A stretch of 55,820 nt of DNA from Malacoraja senta. Taxonomy: Eukaryota. Under the pieces are notes generated by a model, which was not told the DNA's origin, did not search any database, and was given only the letters and a program-made list of their open reading frames with translations. Location of the stretch: NCBI GenBank assembly GCA_038087875.1, contig JAXLNO010000628.1:62001-117820 (forward strand), given 5' to 3'. A program made the translations under genes and the position numbers. Shown piece by piece: positions 38,280 through 51,409 of the stretch (within the stretch, counting starts at the first letter, position 1; each line of letters opens with the position of its first letter).

Positions 38280-39255
38280 AGGGGCTGTCCCACTGTGGCG
38301 ACCTAATCCGCAAGTTCTGGCGAGTTTGCCCTCGATTCATACACGCAGCTCGGTCGACACGAGGTCCTAGGAGGTCTTTGTAAAGCCCCTGTCCCACTGT
38401 ACGAGGTAATTCACGAGTTCTCCTGAGTTTTCCCCTGATTCAAACTCGGAGAATGTCCGTAGCGGGTCCGTAGGAGTCCGTGGATGTCTCATAGCAGCTT
38501 GTAATGCTAACGGTAGGTACTCGGAACATCCGGTAACTCGTGACATTTTTTCATCCCTGCAAAAAATGTCCACGAGTAAAAAAGTACTCGTGATGACATA
38601 TTAAAAAACTTTTGATACCTACCGTTAGCATTACGCACCGCTATGAGGCATCCACGAACTCCTATGGACCCGCTACGGACATTCTCCGAGTTCGAATTAG
38701 GGGAAAACTCGGGAGAACTCGTGAATTACCTCGTACAGTGGGAAAGGGGCTTAACTCTCCTTCATGCTCGAGAGTAGTCCCCGCATACTCGAGGCCTCAG
38801 CTAGGTCGCAGCGTATTTTTCAACATGTTGAAAAATGCCCGTGAGTAAAAAACGGTCGCCATGGAAAAAATCTATACTTTTTTTATTCATATGTTTAGTC
38901 AAAGTAGGTTGTAGTAGGTCGGCATGTTATTCGTAGGTAATCGAGGGTAGTCAAAGGTAATCGAAGGTAGTCGAAGGTAGTCATAGATAGTCTTCAACAT
39001 AGTCAAAGGGAGGTCGAAGGGAGGTCAAAGGGAGGTCGAAGGGAGGTCAAAGGGAGGTCGAAGGAGATCGAAGGAGGTCGTCTTCACTCTCCACTATTCT
39101 GTGTCCAATTTTCCCGAAGCTAGTCGAACATAGTCCGAAGGAGGTCAAAGGAAGTCTTCTACATAGTCGAAGGAGGTCTTCAACATGACATTTTTTCAAA
39201 CACTCCTAAACTCTTCTAAACTCACCAATTAGGTCACCGCAGTGGGACAGCCCCT
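38280..39255. mobile_element. PIF/Harbinger-type MITE (outer)
   Basis: AGGGGCTGTCCCACTGTGGCGACCTAAT / ATTAGGTCACCGCAGTGGGACAGCCCCT TIRs; TTA at 38277-38279 and 39256-39258; internal (GGAGGTCGAAG)n. Confidence 0.92.
38384..38751. mobile_element. PIF/Harbinger-type fold-back MITE (inner)
   Basis: ~140-bp inverted arms AGCCCCTGTCCCACTGTACGAGGTAATTCACGAG / CTCGTGAATTACCTCGTACAGTGGGAAAGGGGCT; TAA at 38381-38383 and 38752-38754. Confidence 0.92.
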
Positions 39256-40642
39256 TTATGACACTCCACAAATTGTGCAACTGGGGATGAATTTCTCCCA
39301 CATTAGTTGTGCAAAGAATGATCAGCGAGCCAAAAAGGTCAAGTTGTCGGATGTAAATGGGATGTGAAAATGGAGTGAGGCAGAACCATGAATTAGTTCG
39401 GAACTAAGAAGAAAGATTTTGTATTGTGCATTATGGAAAAGAAGAACCCATAAAGGTTGACTGATGGGCATAGTTATAGAGGACTGCCAGCCATCAAGCT
39501 GAGCAAAGGACATAACTAGATATGACAATAGCAGGGATGAAGGGTCCAAGTGCAACAACTTAATGAAGTGATCACTAAGCAAGAAAGTTTCAGCATAAGA
39601 GAAATAAGATTTAAGAGCAGGAATTTCATAAACTTGACACCTGCTGAGTCCTAAGAGCTGATTCTTTTTGTTCACCATAAGATAAGAGGTGAAGCTGCCC
39701 CAACCGACGTTGTGATACCTTTGATCGGTTTCTTTGGCTTGTAGCCTACTTTGAGGTATTTATCTTTGGTGTATCAGAGTGTATATATATTAAAGATTCT
39801 TCTGGAATTAAAAAAAAGATCCTCTGAAAAATTAAACTTTTCGCTCATTTGTGCCTGGGAATTATTTAAAAATTCATGATGAGGATTTGAATGTTTTGAA
39901 AAGCCTTTCATGTTCAATAAATAAGCTCATGGTCTGTACAAAGTAACTACAAAGTAGATACTTTAAAGCAGCAGAACATTCCAAATTAAAATTCAATTAA
40001 AAAAAAAGCATTCTTACTTTCACTGATAATCCTTATATCCTCTGACCATGACATATCAGAGCTTCCAAATATCGCATGATGCAAAGAAACTGCTCTCTAA
40101 CTGATGGCAAGTACGATCACATTTAACAACTCTTAACAGGATTACATAACTCATTTCCCCGGTAGAGGAATTTCTACCACCTCACCGTGGTCCGTTATAG
40201 TGAAAGCATCTCGTAGTTCATGATTTACACATTCCTACTTTGCCCAACATCGCATTATTATGGCAAATGGCCCTTGCAATGGGTTGACATTTTAAAAATC
40301 TCAAGATTCAGTAATGAAATTAGCAGAAGAAAAATGCAAGATGAAACTACATTTATGATGGATATATATTTACTGGGGTTGCAATCAAAGGTAAAACTTC
40401 CATGTAAGTTGCAGCCACCACCCTCCTCACCTCCAAATGATGCCACAAAACACATTGTCATGAAGGGTGAACAAAAAAGGCTCATTGGTGATGCTCCAGT
40501 ACTATTAGATACAATTAACAAGATCCACACATCTCACAGTGACATTTAATGCACAACGGATCATGAGAAGAATACCAACATGTGTCCTGTTGGAATGAGC
40601 TGAGCAGTCAAGCTTGCCAGCAGACAGAAGAAAAATAAACCA

Positions 40643-41003
40643 ACGAACAGTGCAGCACAGGAATGGGCCCTATGGCCCACAATGTTTGTGCCGAACATGA
40701 TGGCAAGTTAAACTGATCTCACCTGCCTACACATGATCCATATCTCTCTATTTCCTGCATATCACATGCCTATCTAAAAGCCTCTTAAAAGCCGCTCTCA
40801 TACCTGCCTCTATCACCACCCGTAACAATGCGTTCCTGCCCCCCATTACTCTGTGTAAAAAAACTTGCCCCGCACATCTCCATTAAACATTCCCCCTCTC
40901 ATCTTATTGCTATGGCCTCTAGCCTTAGACATTTCCACCCTGGGAGAAAAGGCTCTGACTATCTATCCTATCTATGCCTCTCATAACCTTGTATACTTGT
41001 ATC
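40643..41003 (-). mobile_element. CR1-type LINE 3' fragment
   Basis: Colinear with 30530-30868. Confidence 0.8.
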
Positions 41004-41496
41004 TCTAACTAAGACTACACTTCCAGCAGCATAGTTGAAATGACCAATGAAGTCACCACCAAAGACCAGAACATGACACATCTCCCAAGGTCTCATTCGG
41101 ACACCCACAGCTACAGTGCACACTATAAATATAAAGTACAATAAGCTTTCAATCTATTGGAATAGGTAAAAAGATATCTAGAAAACAGGATTTAAAATCT
41201 GAAATGAATACAGGAAGGGTTGGAAATATTCTGTAGGTTAGGATACATGTGTGGACAGGAAAACGACAAGAGACAACGTTTCAAGTCCAAGGCACTTAAT
41301 TAGAGTTGCTTCTGTCAGACCACAAGTTTCTCCAGCAATTATGTGTTTTTTAAAATATTTCTGATCTCCAGCAGTTGCCAGTTTTTAAAAGATTTAAAAT
41401 ATATTCTCAACGCTAAACTCTGCACAACGGATAAAATAGCACACCCCGCTCGCTAATAGATATAAGTACATTCAAGATTTAAGTGTAGAAAGTCTG

Positions 41497-41845
41497 ATCC
41501 TTCTTTTCCCCTCTCCCATCGGGAGGAAAAAGGTATAGGAGTGTGAAAACGCACACCTCCAGATTCAGGAACAGTTTATTCCAAGCTGTTATCAAGTCAC
41601 TGAACCATCCTATCACCAACTAGAGAGCAGCCCTGAGCTACTATCTACTTCATTGGAGACCTTCAGACTATCTTTAATTGAACTGTACTGGACTCTATCT
41701 TGCACTAAAGTAAACATTATTCCTGTTATCCTGCATCTGTACAGATAACACTTGATTGCAATCATGTATCTAGTCTTTCCGCTGACTGGATGGCACGCAA
41801 CAAAAAAGCTATTCGTAACTTGGTGTATGTGACAATAAACTAAAC
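41497..41845 (+). mobile_element. Rex1/Babar-like LINE 3' end
   Basis: PLPSG..RYRSVKTHTSRFRNSLFQAVIKSLN C-terminus, 3' UTR ending GTGACAATAAACTAAAC. Confidence 0.75.
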
Positions 41846-42189
41846 CACATTCCTAATATTTATAATGATTGCATTAATTACAAATTCAATCATCTTTTTA
41901 GACAACTGATCTGATTCAAAGTAGCAAAAAGGCTTTTAATCACAGGGCATTCTAGTATCAATAATGCATGCTCAAGTTGATACTGCCAACTATATACAAC
42001 ATTGTACAAGAAACTGTAGATGCTGGAATTTTGAGCAAAAAGCAAAAGGTTGGAGGAACTCAGCGGTTCAGGTTGCAATGTCACCTGCCCATTCTCTCCA
42101 CAGATGCTACCTGACCCGCTAAGTTCCTCCAGCACTTTGAATATTTGTTAATGTACAAAATGAAGTAGCATTCTGGAGACAACAAAGTT

Positions 42190-42506
42190 ATCATAAGGAC
42201 ATAAGGAATAAGAGTAGAATTAGGCCATTTGGCCCATCAAGTCTACTCTGCCATTCAACCATGGCTGATCTTTCTCTCCCTCCTAACCCCATTCTCCTGC
42301 CTTCTCCCCATAACCTTTGACAGCTGTACTAATCAAGAATCTATCTATCTTTGCCTAAGAAATATCAACTGATGGCCTCCACAGCCTTCTGTGGCAAAGA
42401 ATTCCACAGATTCACCACCCTCTGATGAAATACATTTCTCCTCATCTTCCTAAAAGAACGTCCTTTAATTCTGAGGCTATGAGCTCTAGTTCTAGACTCT
42501 CCCACT
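42190..42506 (-). mobile_element. CR1-type LINE 3' end
   Basis: Reverse complement of 55470-55760. Confidence 0.8.
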
Positions 42507-43097
42507 TAGAACAATGAAGTTAGAACAATGAAGCTATAGATGATAAACAATATTCACCATCAGTTTACAAGACTTGAATGGAGAGTGAGTTGGATCAAAA
42601 GGTATTCACAGATGTGGACAATAAAAATGTCAACAAAGCTAGGCAGCAGTACTTGACCATCAACATATGCATCAAAGGTTCAATTTATACGCAAGCTTAT
42701 CTTTTTGAGTCAAGTTGTCACCCAAGATTTTGCAAGTTACCATGCAAGGAATAGATCATAGTCTGAGTAATTAGGATATCCATTTCTTACAATGAATCCA
42801 GAAAGAGAAAATCCTGACTTTCGAGGAAGATATTACAGAAACAAAGTCTAAAGATGAAGCAAAGCAAATGTATATTTTTGCAATGAGATGTAGTTTGAAG
42901 GTTAATGTCAGTCAGTAAAATAAAAAAGTGGAGGCCATCACCAATGCTGCAACCATGATTTTCATTACACCTGTGCCTTAATGTGCTTACGCATTTGAAA
43001 ATAACTCAATTCAACTTGAAGGACTTTGAAAACTGGTGACCAGACAATTCTTTAGTTGGAGCAGCAATCCACTTGCTCTTCTTCCATTCCGATGTAA

Positions 43098-43553
43098 AAA
43101 CAAAGAACTGCAGATGCTGGTTTAGACCAAAGATAGACACAAAGTGCTGGAGTAACTCAGTGGGTCAGGCAGCATCCCTGGAGAAAAAGGATGGATGATG
43201 GTTTGGGACGGGACATTTGTTCAGACTCTTTTTATCTCCAACTGCAGGTGAGGCATCAACTGTCTTGACTTTTCTGCTCCCCTTACCTACTCTAATCTCA
43301 CCTCCGAACGCCAAGCCCTCCGCTCACTTCAGGACATCCCCTACATTATCATCAAACTCGCTGATAAGGGTGGTCCCTATCGAATGCATCCTCTTACCTA
43401 CCCCTTGACCATGACTCCACAGATGAGCACCCGGCCATTGTCTTCTTTTTTTAAGTCTGAGGAAGGGTCCGGACCCGAAAAGTTCCCCATCCTTTTTCTC
43501 AGGAGATGCTGGCAGACCCGCTGAGTTACTCCAGCACTTCAGGTCTATCTTCC
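43098..43553. repeat. Penelope-derived inverted arms enclosing a ~220-bp spacer
   Basis: AAGTGCTGGAGTAACTCAG at 43142 and CTGAGTTACTCCAGCACTT at 43521; CTGAGGAAGGGTCCGGACCCGAAA core at 43457-43480. Confidence 0.7.
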
Positions 43554-44364
43554 AGTTTGGTGTGTTGTTTTCAATGCTCATGACCTGTAATGAGCAGACA
43601 GGAATGTTCGGTGAACTTTTGTAACTTTGTCGGCACCAAAACCTGGCGACATTAGTGTATTTGCTAGATGAGATTTGCTAAATGGTTTTACTGGGTTGGA
43701 TGCCAAACAAAGCATTTCACTGTACCTTGGTACATGTAATAATAATGTATCATTGAATCATTGAAATATATTCTGTCATTTACTCTGGAGAGACAGGATG
43801 CAGTTTGATCACCTTTTTGCAGAACATCCTTTGGATGACTCTTAATCTACCATTGACTTTTGTCAAGGACGTTACAGTCCATTGGGTTAATGTTTATTTT
43901 TTTCCCTTTTATCTATGCTATTCTTTTTTTTTAAGAATTGACATCTTGACAGCCCATCACAGACATTCCCACTGTTCTATCTTCCCTTCTTACTCTGCTA
44001 TTTAAAACACAATTGGCTTCTCACTTACCCACTTCTAAGAGGTTGTAAAATTATAAGCTCCATAGTACATAAATGGAAAGAATTTCTCTGCATCAGGAAT
44101 CAAAATATCATCTTTAAAATCAAATTTAAATTTGAAATTAAGACAGGATTGATTACTTCTTCAAGTTTTAGCTTGGCTTTAGTTCAGAGATTCAGCATGG
44201 AAACAGACCCTTCAGCCCATCAAGTCAACATCAACCAATTTTTCTTTGGCAAATATTGAGGAATATTTGTAGAAGTACTTACCTGGTAGAGTTGTTAACT
44301 ATAATCAATAATCAAACCTTTATCTAGCTGAAAAAATACCATTTGTGTTAAACTTAACCTTCAA

Positions 44365-44654
44365 GGGCGGCACGGTGGAGCAGCAGTAGTTGCTGCCTTA
44401 CAGCGCATGCAGCGCTGGAGAACCGGTTCGATCCCGACTACGGGTGCTGTCTGTACGGAGTTTGTACGTTCTCCCGTAACCTGCGTGGGTTTTCTCTGAT
44501 ATCTTCAGTTTCCTCCCACACTCCAAAGATGAATGCAACAACAAAAATTGTCTCTAATGTGTGTAGGATAGTGTTAATATGTGGGGATCGGTGGTCGGCG
44601 CGGACCCGGTGGGCCAAAGGGCCTGTTTCCATGCTGTATCTCGACACTAAACTA
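44365..44654 (+). mobile_element. tRNA-derived SINE (V-SINE/HE1-like)
   Basis: GGGCGGCACGGTGGAGCAGC head, GGTTCGATCCC box B, same body as 588-897. Confidence 0.85.
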
Positions 44655-45527
44655 GTTTATCTCACTGGTAATATCCTCTATTTATTCTGTTATTAATTTT
44701 ACAGATATTCATGATTTTTACCTCTATCCAGTGATGATGGAAGGATCAATTTGTAGCAAGTTGTGTATGGGTTATTCAGACCACGTGTTTGACTGGTATC
44801 CAAAGCGGGTATATCATTTAGTCTGGCTAGTTGCTTCTGAGAAGCATTTTGCAAATCTGAAAAGCAGGAGAGCCCCTTCATCCAATTAGAAGAAGCTGCA
44901 AGTCAAATAGTTTGGTATTATAGTTATGAAAAAAACCCTCCAAGAGCTGACTGCAGCAGTTCTGCCTGCTTGTTAGTTTTTTAGAAGACAGTGACATTTA
45001 ATAATGCCCTCAAAAAAAGGTGGTATCATGAATGTTGTCCATGTAATCTTCTACTGGTTAATACATCTGTTTAGTAGTAAAGGCTTAACACAAAGCCTGA
45101 TGTTATATTATTTTTCCATCACCCAAGTCACGACCACTTAATAAATAATGAATCCAGAAAGTCAAACTAAAGTGAAGACAGCTTTCCATTTTATCCTGGG
45201 ATTACTGTTGATTCACTTGGATAACTGGGACAGTATAAATACTCTGGAGAGTGGGAGGATTAAGGACGTATCCATGCAAGTAGGTGAAACACTGAACCTG
45301 CAAAAGAGTCGAATTGCGGCAGTTGCTTATCTATGCAATTCAGAGCTCTACGCCAGCTGATCTTAACTTTCAGGGACAAATGGACCAGGAGCATGTAATG
45401 AACACTTTATCCATTTGTCCAGATAATAGAAGTCCTCCAGTCCTTCAACAATATGCCCAAATTATTTGAAACAACACTGGCTATGTCCTTCCTGTCCCAG
45501 AAATACAGGACTTGTCCTACACACTTA

Positions 45528-45636
45528 AGGGGCTGTCCCACTTAGGCGATTTTTCAGCGGACTGCCGGCGGCTGTCAAGTTCGCGGCAGTCGCCTGAAAA
45601 ACCGGGAACTGGAACGGCAAATGTCAGAGTGGAAAC
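45528..45636 (-). mobile_element. Single end of a PIF/Harbinger-type MITE (family of 28652-29352)
   Basis: TTA|AGGGGCTGTCCCACTTAGGCGA; AACTGGAACGGC..TGTCAGAGTGGAA is the reverse complement of 29311-29339; no partner TIR found. Confidence 0.8.
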
Positions 45637-45818
45637 ATAGAAACATAGAAACATAGAATATAGGTGCAGGAGTAGGCCATTCGGCCCTTCGAGCCTGCAC
45701 CGCAATTCAATATGATCATGGCTGATCATCCAACTCAGTATCCTGTACCTGCCTTCTCTCCATACCCCTGATCCCTTTAGCCACGAGGGCCACATCTAAC
45801 TCCCTCTTAAATATAGCC
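45637..45818 (-). mobile_element. CR1-type LINE 3' end with (TTTCTATG)n tail
   Basis: Reverse complement of 27470-27625 and 53470-53650. Confidence 0.85.
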
Positions 45819-47204
45819 TTTGCAGCAGCCACAGCCCCAGCCCCTCCCCCCCACCCCCGCAGCCTGTGTCGAAGGGCGTCGTCACGTGTGTGGGAATAGA
45901 GAAAGAGGATTGGGGGTGATAGGGAATGGGTAACAGATGGACTGTCCCTACCCCTCCTACTTCAACTCTCCCTCCCCCTCTCTCCTCTCCCCCTCCCTCC
46001 CCTCCCACACATCTCTTCCCCCTCCACCACCCCTCTTCACCCCCATCTCCCCCCCCACCCCCTTCCCCTCTCTCTTGCACCACTCCCCGCTACTCCTCTG
46101 CCTCTCACTCCCCACTCTTCCCCTCTCCCTCCCCACCTCTCTCCCTCCACCCTCCCTCTCTCCCTCTCTTCCCCCTACTCCTCTCCCCTTCCCCTCATCC
46201 CCTCGCCCCTCTCCCCCCTTCCTGCCCTCCCCGCTCTTCTCCCACTCCCCACTCTCCTCCCCCTCCCTCTCACCCACCCTGATCTCCTCTCCCTCCCCAA
46301 TCTCTCCCCTTTCCTCCTCCCCCTCTCCCCTCCATCTCCGTCCCCCTCTTCCCTTCCCTCCCCTCTTCTCTCCCCACCCCGTCTCCTTCTCCCCCCCTCC
46401 CCTCCTCTACCCAACCCCGTCTCCCTCTCCCCCCCTCCCCCCGCCTGTGTGTTTGGGGGGTGGTTAGTGTGAGTGTGATGCCGCAGCCGCAGCCCACCCC
46501 AAACGCAAGGTAAACAAAAAAATGAAGTATAAACTCAGCGGGTGCAGCAGCATCTTTGGATCGAAGGAAATAGGCAATGTTTCATAACAAAACATGTCTG
46601 AAGATGGGTTTCGGCCACAAACATTGCCTATTTCCTTCGCTCCATAGATGCTGCTGCACCCGCTGAGTTTCACCAGCTTTTTTTGGTGTACCAGTCTCTC
46701 TGTCTCTGCCCTCTCTCTCTCTCTCTGCCCTTCTCTCTTCACAGCCCGCAGCTCAACTCATGAACACCCGCTCAAAACACCCCCCTTCACCTATCTCTCA
46801 CATCCTCTCCTTCCTCTCTCCACACCCTCCTCTCTCTCCCCCTTCCTCTCCCCCTTCCTCTCTCCCCCTTCCTCTCCCCCCTTCCTCTCCACCCTCCTCC
46901 TCCCCCTCTTCAAATTTTTTTAATTCTAACATTAAATTTTCTCTCTCTGACCCCCCCCTCTAGACGCACCTGAGAGGTGAGGGTTATTCGTCAGTGGATA
47001 GGGTGGAGATGGGATAAAAGAACAAATTAAAAAATTAAGATAATATCAAGGGTTGTGATGAGTGTGTGTGTTTGTGGGTGCCAGATTCCCACCCCGCAAC
47101 CGTGCTTTGCAGGAAAGGGGGTGGTTAGTGTGACGCCACAGCACCCCCCCCACCCGCAAACGCACGTTCGGTGTCCAGACCCAACGGGTCTGCACTTGGT
47201 CTAG
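45819..47204 (+). mobile_element. Helitron-type element, 3' end intact, 5' end missing
   Basis: Hairpin CAGACCC-AAC-GGGTCTG (47176-47192), then CACTTGGTCTAG|T; internal C/T tracts, repeated GGGGTGGTTAGTGTGA..AAACGCA block, and a fold-back repeat at ~46530-46680. Left boundary approximate. Confidence 0.75.
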
Positions 47205-49996
47205 TATACATCTAAAACTAAAACAGAGGATAGCAAAATTATAAATTTTTTAGATAACTGTAATCTTCCAAAACTTGACCTCTCGGAACAAGAGGAATTA
47301 GGAGCTCAGATTACACTTGAAGAAATAGGAGAAACAATAAAATCGCTGAAAAATGGTAAGACGCCTGGACCAGATGGTTTTAGCAATGAATTTTACAAAA
47401 GATTTCACGAGATAACGGCTCCACGTTTACTTAAATTATATACTCACGCCTTTAAAGAAAATATACTACCAGAATCATTAGCTGAATCAACTATTATGCT
47501 TATACCAAAAAAAGATAAAGATTTAGAAGAACTTGACTCATATAGAGCTATATCACTTTTAAATACAGATCAGAAAATTTTAGCAAAGACCTTAGCAAGA
47601 AGATTGAGCAAATATATTAGTAAATTGATAAATCCTGATCAAACGGGGCTTATACCCAAAAGACATTCATTTAATAATTTGAGACGCCTGTTTAATATAA
47701 TGTACTCACATAAAATGGAAGAAGAAGATATATCGTTTGTTTCTCTGGACGCAGAGAAAGCATTTGATCAGGTAGTGTGGCAGTATTTATATAAAGTACT
47801 GCCAAAATTTAAGATGGGAGAGAATTTTATTGTATGGGTAAAATTATTATATGACAAACCGACAGCAAGAATATTAACTAATAACATGTTATCTCCAAAA
47901 CTTCAATTATCGAGGGGCAATAGGCAGGGATGTGCATTATCACCCCTGCTATTTGCCCTTATGATAGAGCCCTTAGCTGAAAGTATAAGAATTCATCCGA
48001 ATATTCAGGGATATAATACTAAGGACTCAAATAAAAAAAATGTATAGACGATATACTTCTATACATTACAAATTCGCAAACGAGCATACCAAACTTATTA
48101 AATTTAATAGAGGAATTCGGTTCTTTTTCATGATACAGAATAAACTGGAATAAAAGTGAAATCATGACGTTAAAACCTCAAGAATCGACACACCTATTAA
48201 AATTCCCCTTTAAAATCGCAACAGAAAAATTTAAGTATTTGGGTATCCAAATTACTAGAAAATACAAATCATTATTTAATGCTAATTTTACGCCTTTATT
48301 AAATAAATTGAACGTGTTGATTAAATTCTGGAAAACACTCCCATTGTCATTAATAGGCAGAATAAACGCTATAAAAATGATCTTTTTACCACAAATATTA
48401 TACCTATTTCAATCTATACCATTATACATACCAAAAAACATCTTCAAAAAACTAGACTCTAACATTACTAACTTTATTTGGGACTATAGATCACATAGAA
48501 TTCAAAGAAAACACCTGTGTAAACCCGAAGACGCTGGGGGACTTTCACTTCCGAACTTTTTGTATTATTACTGGGCAGTCATATTAAAAATATAATTTAT
48601 TGGTTGGACAGTCCTACCCAACAGACAGAATGGATAAGAATGGAGAAAGAGGATTGTTCTCCTCGTAATATAGGAGCGATCCTCTTCTCCCCGATAGAAC
48701 TGAACAACACAATATATAAGAATAATCCAATTATCCACAATACAATAAGAATTTGGAAACAAATAAAATTAACTTTAAAATTAAGAAACCTATCACTGTT
48801 AACGCCAATAGTGAATAATCCTTCATTTAAACCATCTCTCACCGATAATACATATAACCAATGGGAAAGAATGGGAATTAAAAGGATCGGCGATATGTAT
48901 GAAATGGGAAATCTGTTCTCATTCCAACAATTACAATTAAAATTTAAGCTGAAAAATAACCAATATTTTAAATACCTTCAGATCTGTGACTTCATGAAGA
49001 AATATATACAAATATATCAAACTTTAACTTTAGATCCACTGGAAGAAGCAATGAATATTAAGGCTGACTCACAGAAATTAATATCATATTTATATAATAG
49101 TATTTTAAACATAGAACTACCATCCACAGAGGCACTTAGAGAAAATTGGGAACGAGAATTAATGATAAAAATCACGAATGAAACATGGGAAAAGCATTTG
49201 ATATATATACACAAATGTTTGATTAACGTAAGACATAACTTAATTCAATTCAAAATTCTACATAGATTATATTATTCAAAAACTAGTCTGAATAAATTTT
49301 ATCCAAAAACTTCTCCCATTTGTGATAAATGTTTATCTCAAAATGCCACTATAACACACTCTTTTGTTTCCTGCATAAAACCTCATAAATTCTGGAGCGA
49401 CATCTTTGAAATATTTACAAAATTATTCAAGATAAAAATGAAGCCTAACACTGAAATGATTATACTTGGAGTAACGGAAGATGGGAACAAACTGAACACA
49501 TTTCAAAATTCATTTTTTTAATTATGGGTTAATAACGGCAAAAAAACTTATACTTAAATTTTGGAAAAAATACACATACCAACCTTAAAATGTGATTTCA
49601 AACATGTTGGAAACCACACATCTTGAAGAAATGCGATTCCTCCTAACAGACAAAACAGACCAATTCTTAACGAGTTGGTCTCTATTTATCGACTTCTTGA
49701 AAGCATATGGTGCAACAAAATCGTAGAAACCAACTGTTTCAGGACTGGGTGAAGGATGGTCAAGAATATAAATAACTATCTCCTACAAACTCCTACTCTC
49801 TACTTCTGCTTTTTCTCTCTTTTTTTTTCTTCCCATCTTTCCCCCCTTTTCCTTTTCACACATCTAGACATTGCTTTTCTATTTCTTTATTATCTATTCT
49901 TTCTTTCTCTCTTTTATTGTTAAAGAAATATATATATATATATATGTGAAGCTGTACATAAAATAAAAAAAATAAAATTTAAATTAAAAAAAAAAT
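47205..49996 (+). mobile_element. L1-clade LINE, RT and C-terminal part of ORF2, disrupted
   Basis: KSLKNGKTPGPDGFSNEFY, YRAISLLNTDQKIL, SLDAEKAFDQV, GNRQGCALSPLLF, damaged YADD, CDKC..H..C; T-rich 3' UTR and A-rich tail; related to but diverged from 5953-10826. Confidence 0.95.
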
Positions 49997-50584
49997 CCAT
50001 CTTGGAGAAAAAGATTTCTGACTGTCCCACCTTATCTATACCTCATAATTTTATACACTTCTCCCTTCAACTTCCAGCCTTCCAGAGGAAACAATGTCTT
50101 CATCTCTTGGTTCTTGTCCATTCCGGAATACTTTAAATTATGTTGTAGTTTAATTCAAGCTATATTTAGAAATCACTTCAGCGAAGCATTTTCACTTCTA
50201 AAAATGTACAAATTTAAAAGGAAAAGGTTGCAGCAGGACTTTTCCACATAATATATTCATCCTTGTCATTAGCTCAAAATAATTTAAAATTAAAGTTGTA
50301 CTCTATTGCCATTGCCTAATGATGCCTGGACCAGCATCCAAAGAGCAATTGCCAGCTCATTGGCTCTGTTGCTGCATAATGTCCTTTGAAATTACACTGT
50401 GGCAGTAAGTCTTCTCAGTCCCATGGCTCAAGGATACTTGTTTCCACTGCATTCTGTGTGTTCAGAGGTGGTCAATGATGTCAATGTGTAATCTGCAGAC
50501 TTTTCAACAGATGGGCAGCGTGTGCTTGATCAGGAAAGCAAGGAAGGAATTTGTGAGGCAGTGTTTCATTGCATGCTTAAATAG

Positions 50585-51130
50585 TTTTAAGGTGATAGAG
50601 GCAGAGCTTAAGGGAGATGTGCGGGACAAGTTCTTTTTTAACTCAAAGGATGGTGGGTGCCTGGCATGCGCTGCCAGCGATGGTGCTAGATGGAGATACG
50701 ATAGTGGCATTCAGAAGCTTTTCGAAAGGTACGTGGATATGCAGGGATTTGAGGAATATAGATGTATCTATATCCCTCATTGTCCGAGATAGGACAATGA
50801 AATTCTTACTTGCTGCAGCACAACAGAATATGTAAACATAGTACATAACGGGAGAAGAAAAAAAAGTCAGTGTATGTAAACACTTGCACACATACTCAAT
50901 AAATAACAAATATAGTGCAATAATAATAATAATCTGTTGCAGTTCAGAGCATATTTGTTGTCGTGTTTAATAACCTGATGGCTGCAGGGAAGAAGCTGTT
51001 TCTGCCAATTCGAACTGACTGTGGTCTGTGGATGAGGAAGTCGAGGATCCAATTGCAGAGGTATGCATCATGTTTGGCACAGACATTGTGGGTCAAAGGG
51101 CCAATTCCTTCACTGTACCATTCTATGTTC
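50585..51130 (+). mobile_element. CR1 3' end split by an antisense Rex1-like tail (~50775-51050)
   Basis: CR1 tail stops after GGATATGCAGGGATTTGAGGAATATAGAT and resumes near GCAGAGG..CATCATGTTTGGCACAGACATTGTGGG. Confidence 0.65.
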
Positions 51131-51409
51131 TACATTCTGTGTGTTCTTTCTGCCATTAATACTGGCTGTACTCTCCAACAAGTGATTCAAGATTCTCAGT
51201 GTCATCCCAAATGGTCCTTTTACATTTTAAATGGTCATGGTCCAGGGATTCCTGGTAGTTAGTGCGGATGTTACACTTTTTTCTCTTGAAAGCTTTGAGA
51301 AAATCCGTGCATTGTTTCCTAGCTATAGTAGAGCTCAGATTTGAGTGCCTATTGCAGGATTCAGTGAGGGGTGTGTGAGCAATATAGTCTACACTCTGAA
51401 GCCAGCATT

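Noticed and set aside
40018..40100. Possible minus-strand exon (RAVSLHHAIFGSSDMSWSEDIRIISE|GTAAGA)
   Set aside because: Weak acceptor, peptide not recognised, no partner exons.
44365..44440. tRNA genes at SINE heads
   Set aside because: A/B boxes run directly into SINE bodies; no full cloverleaf or terminator.
45796..46963. Overlapping Pro-rich and Gly/Arg/Glu-rich ORFs
   Set aside because: Low-complexity tracts inside the Helitron fragment.
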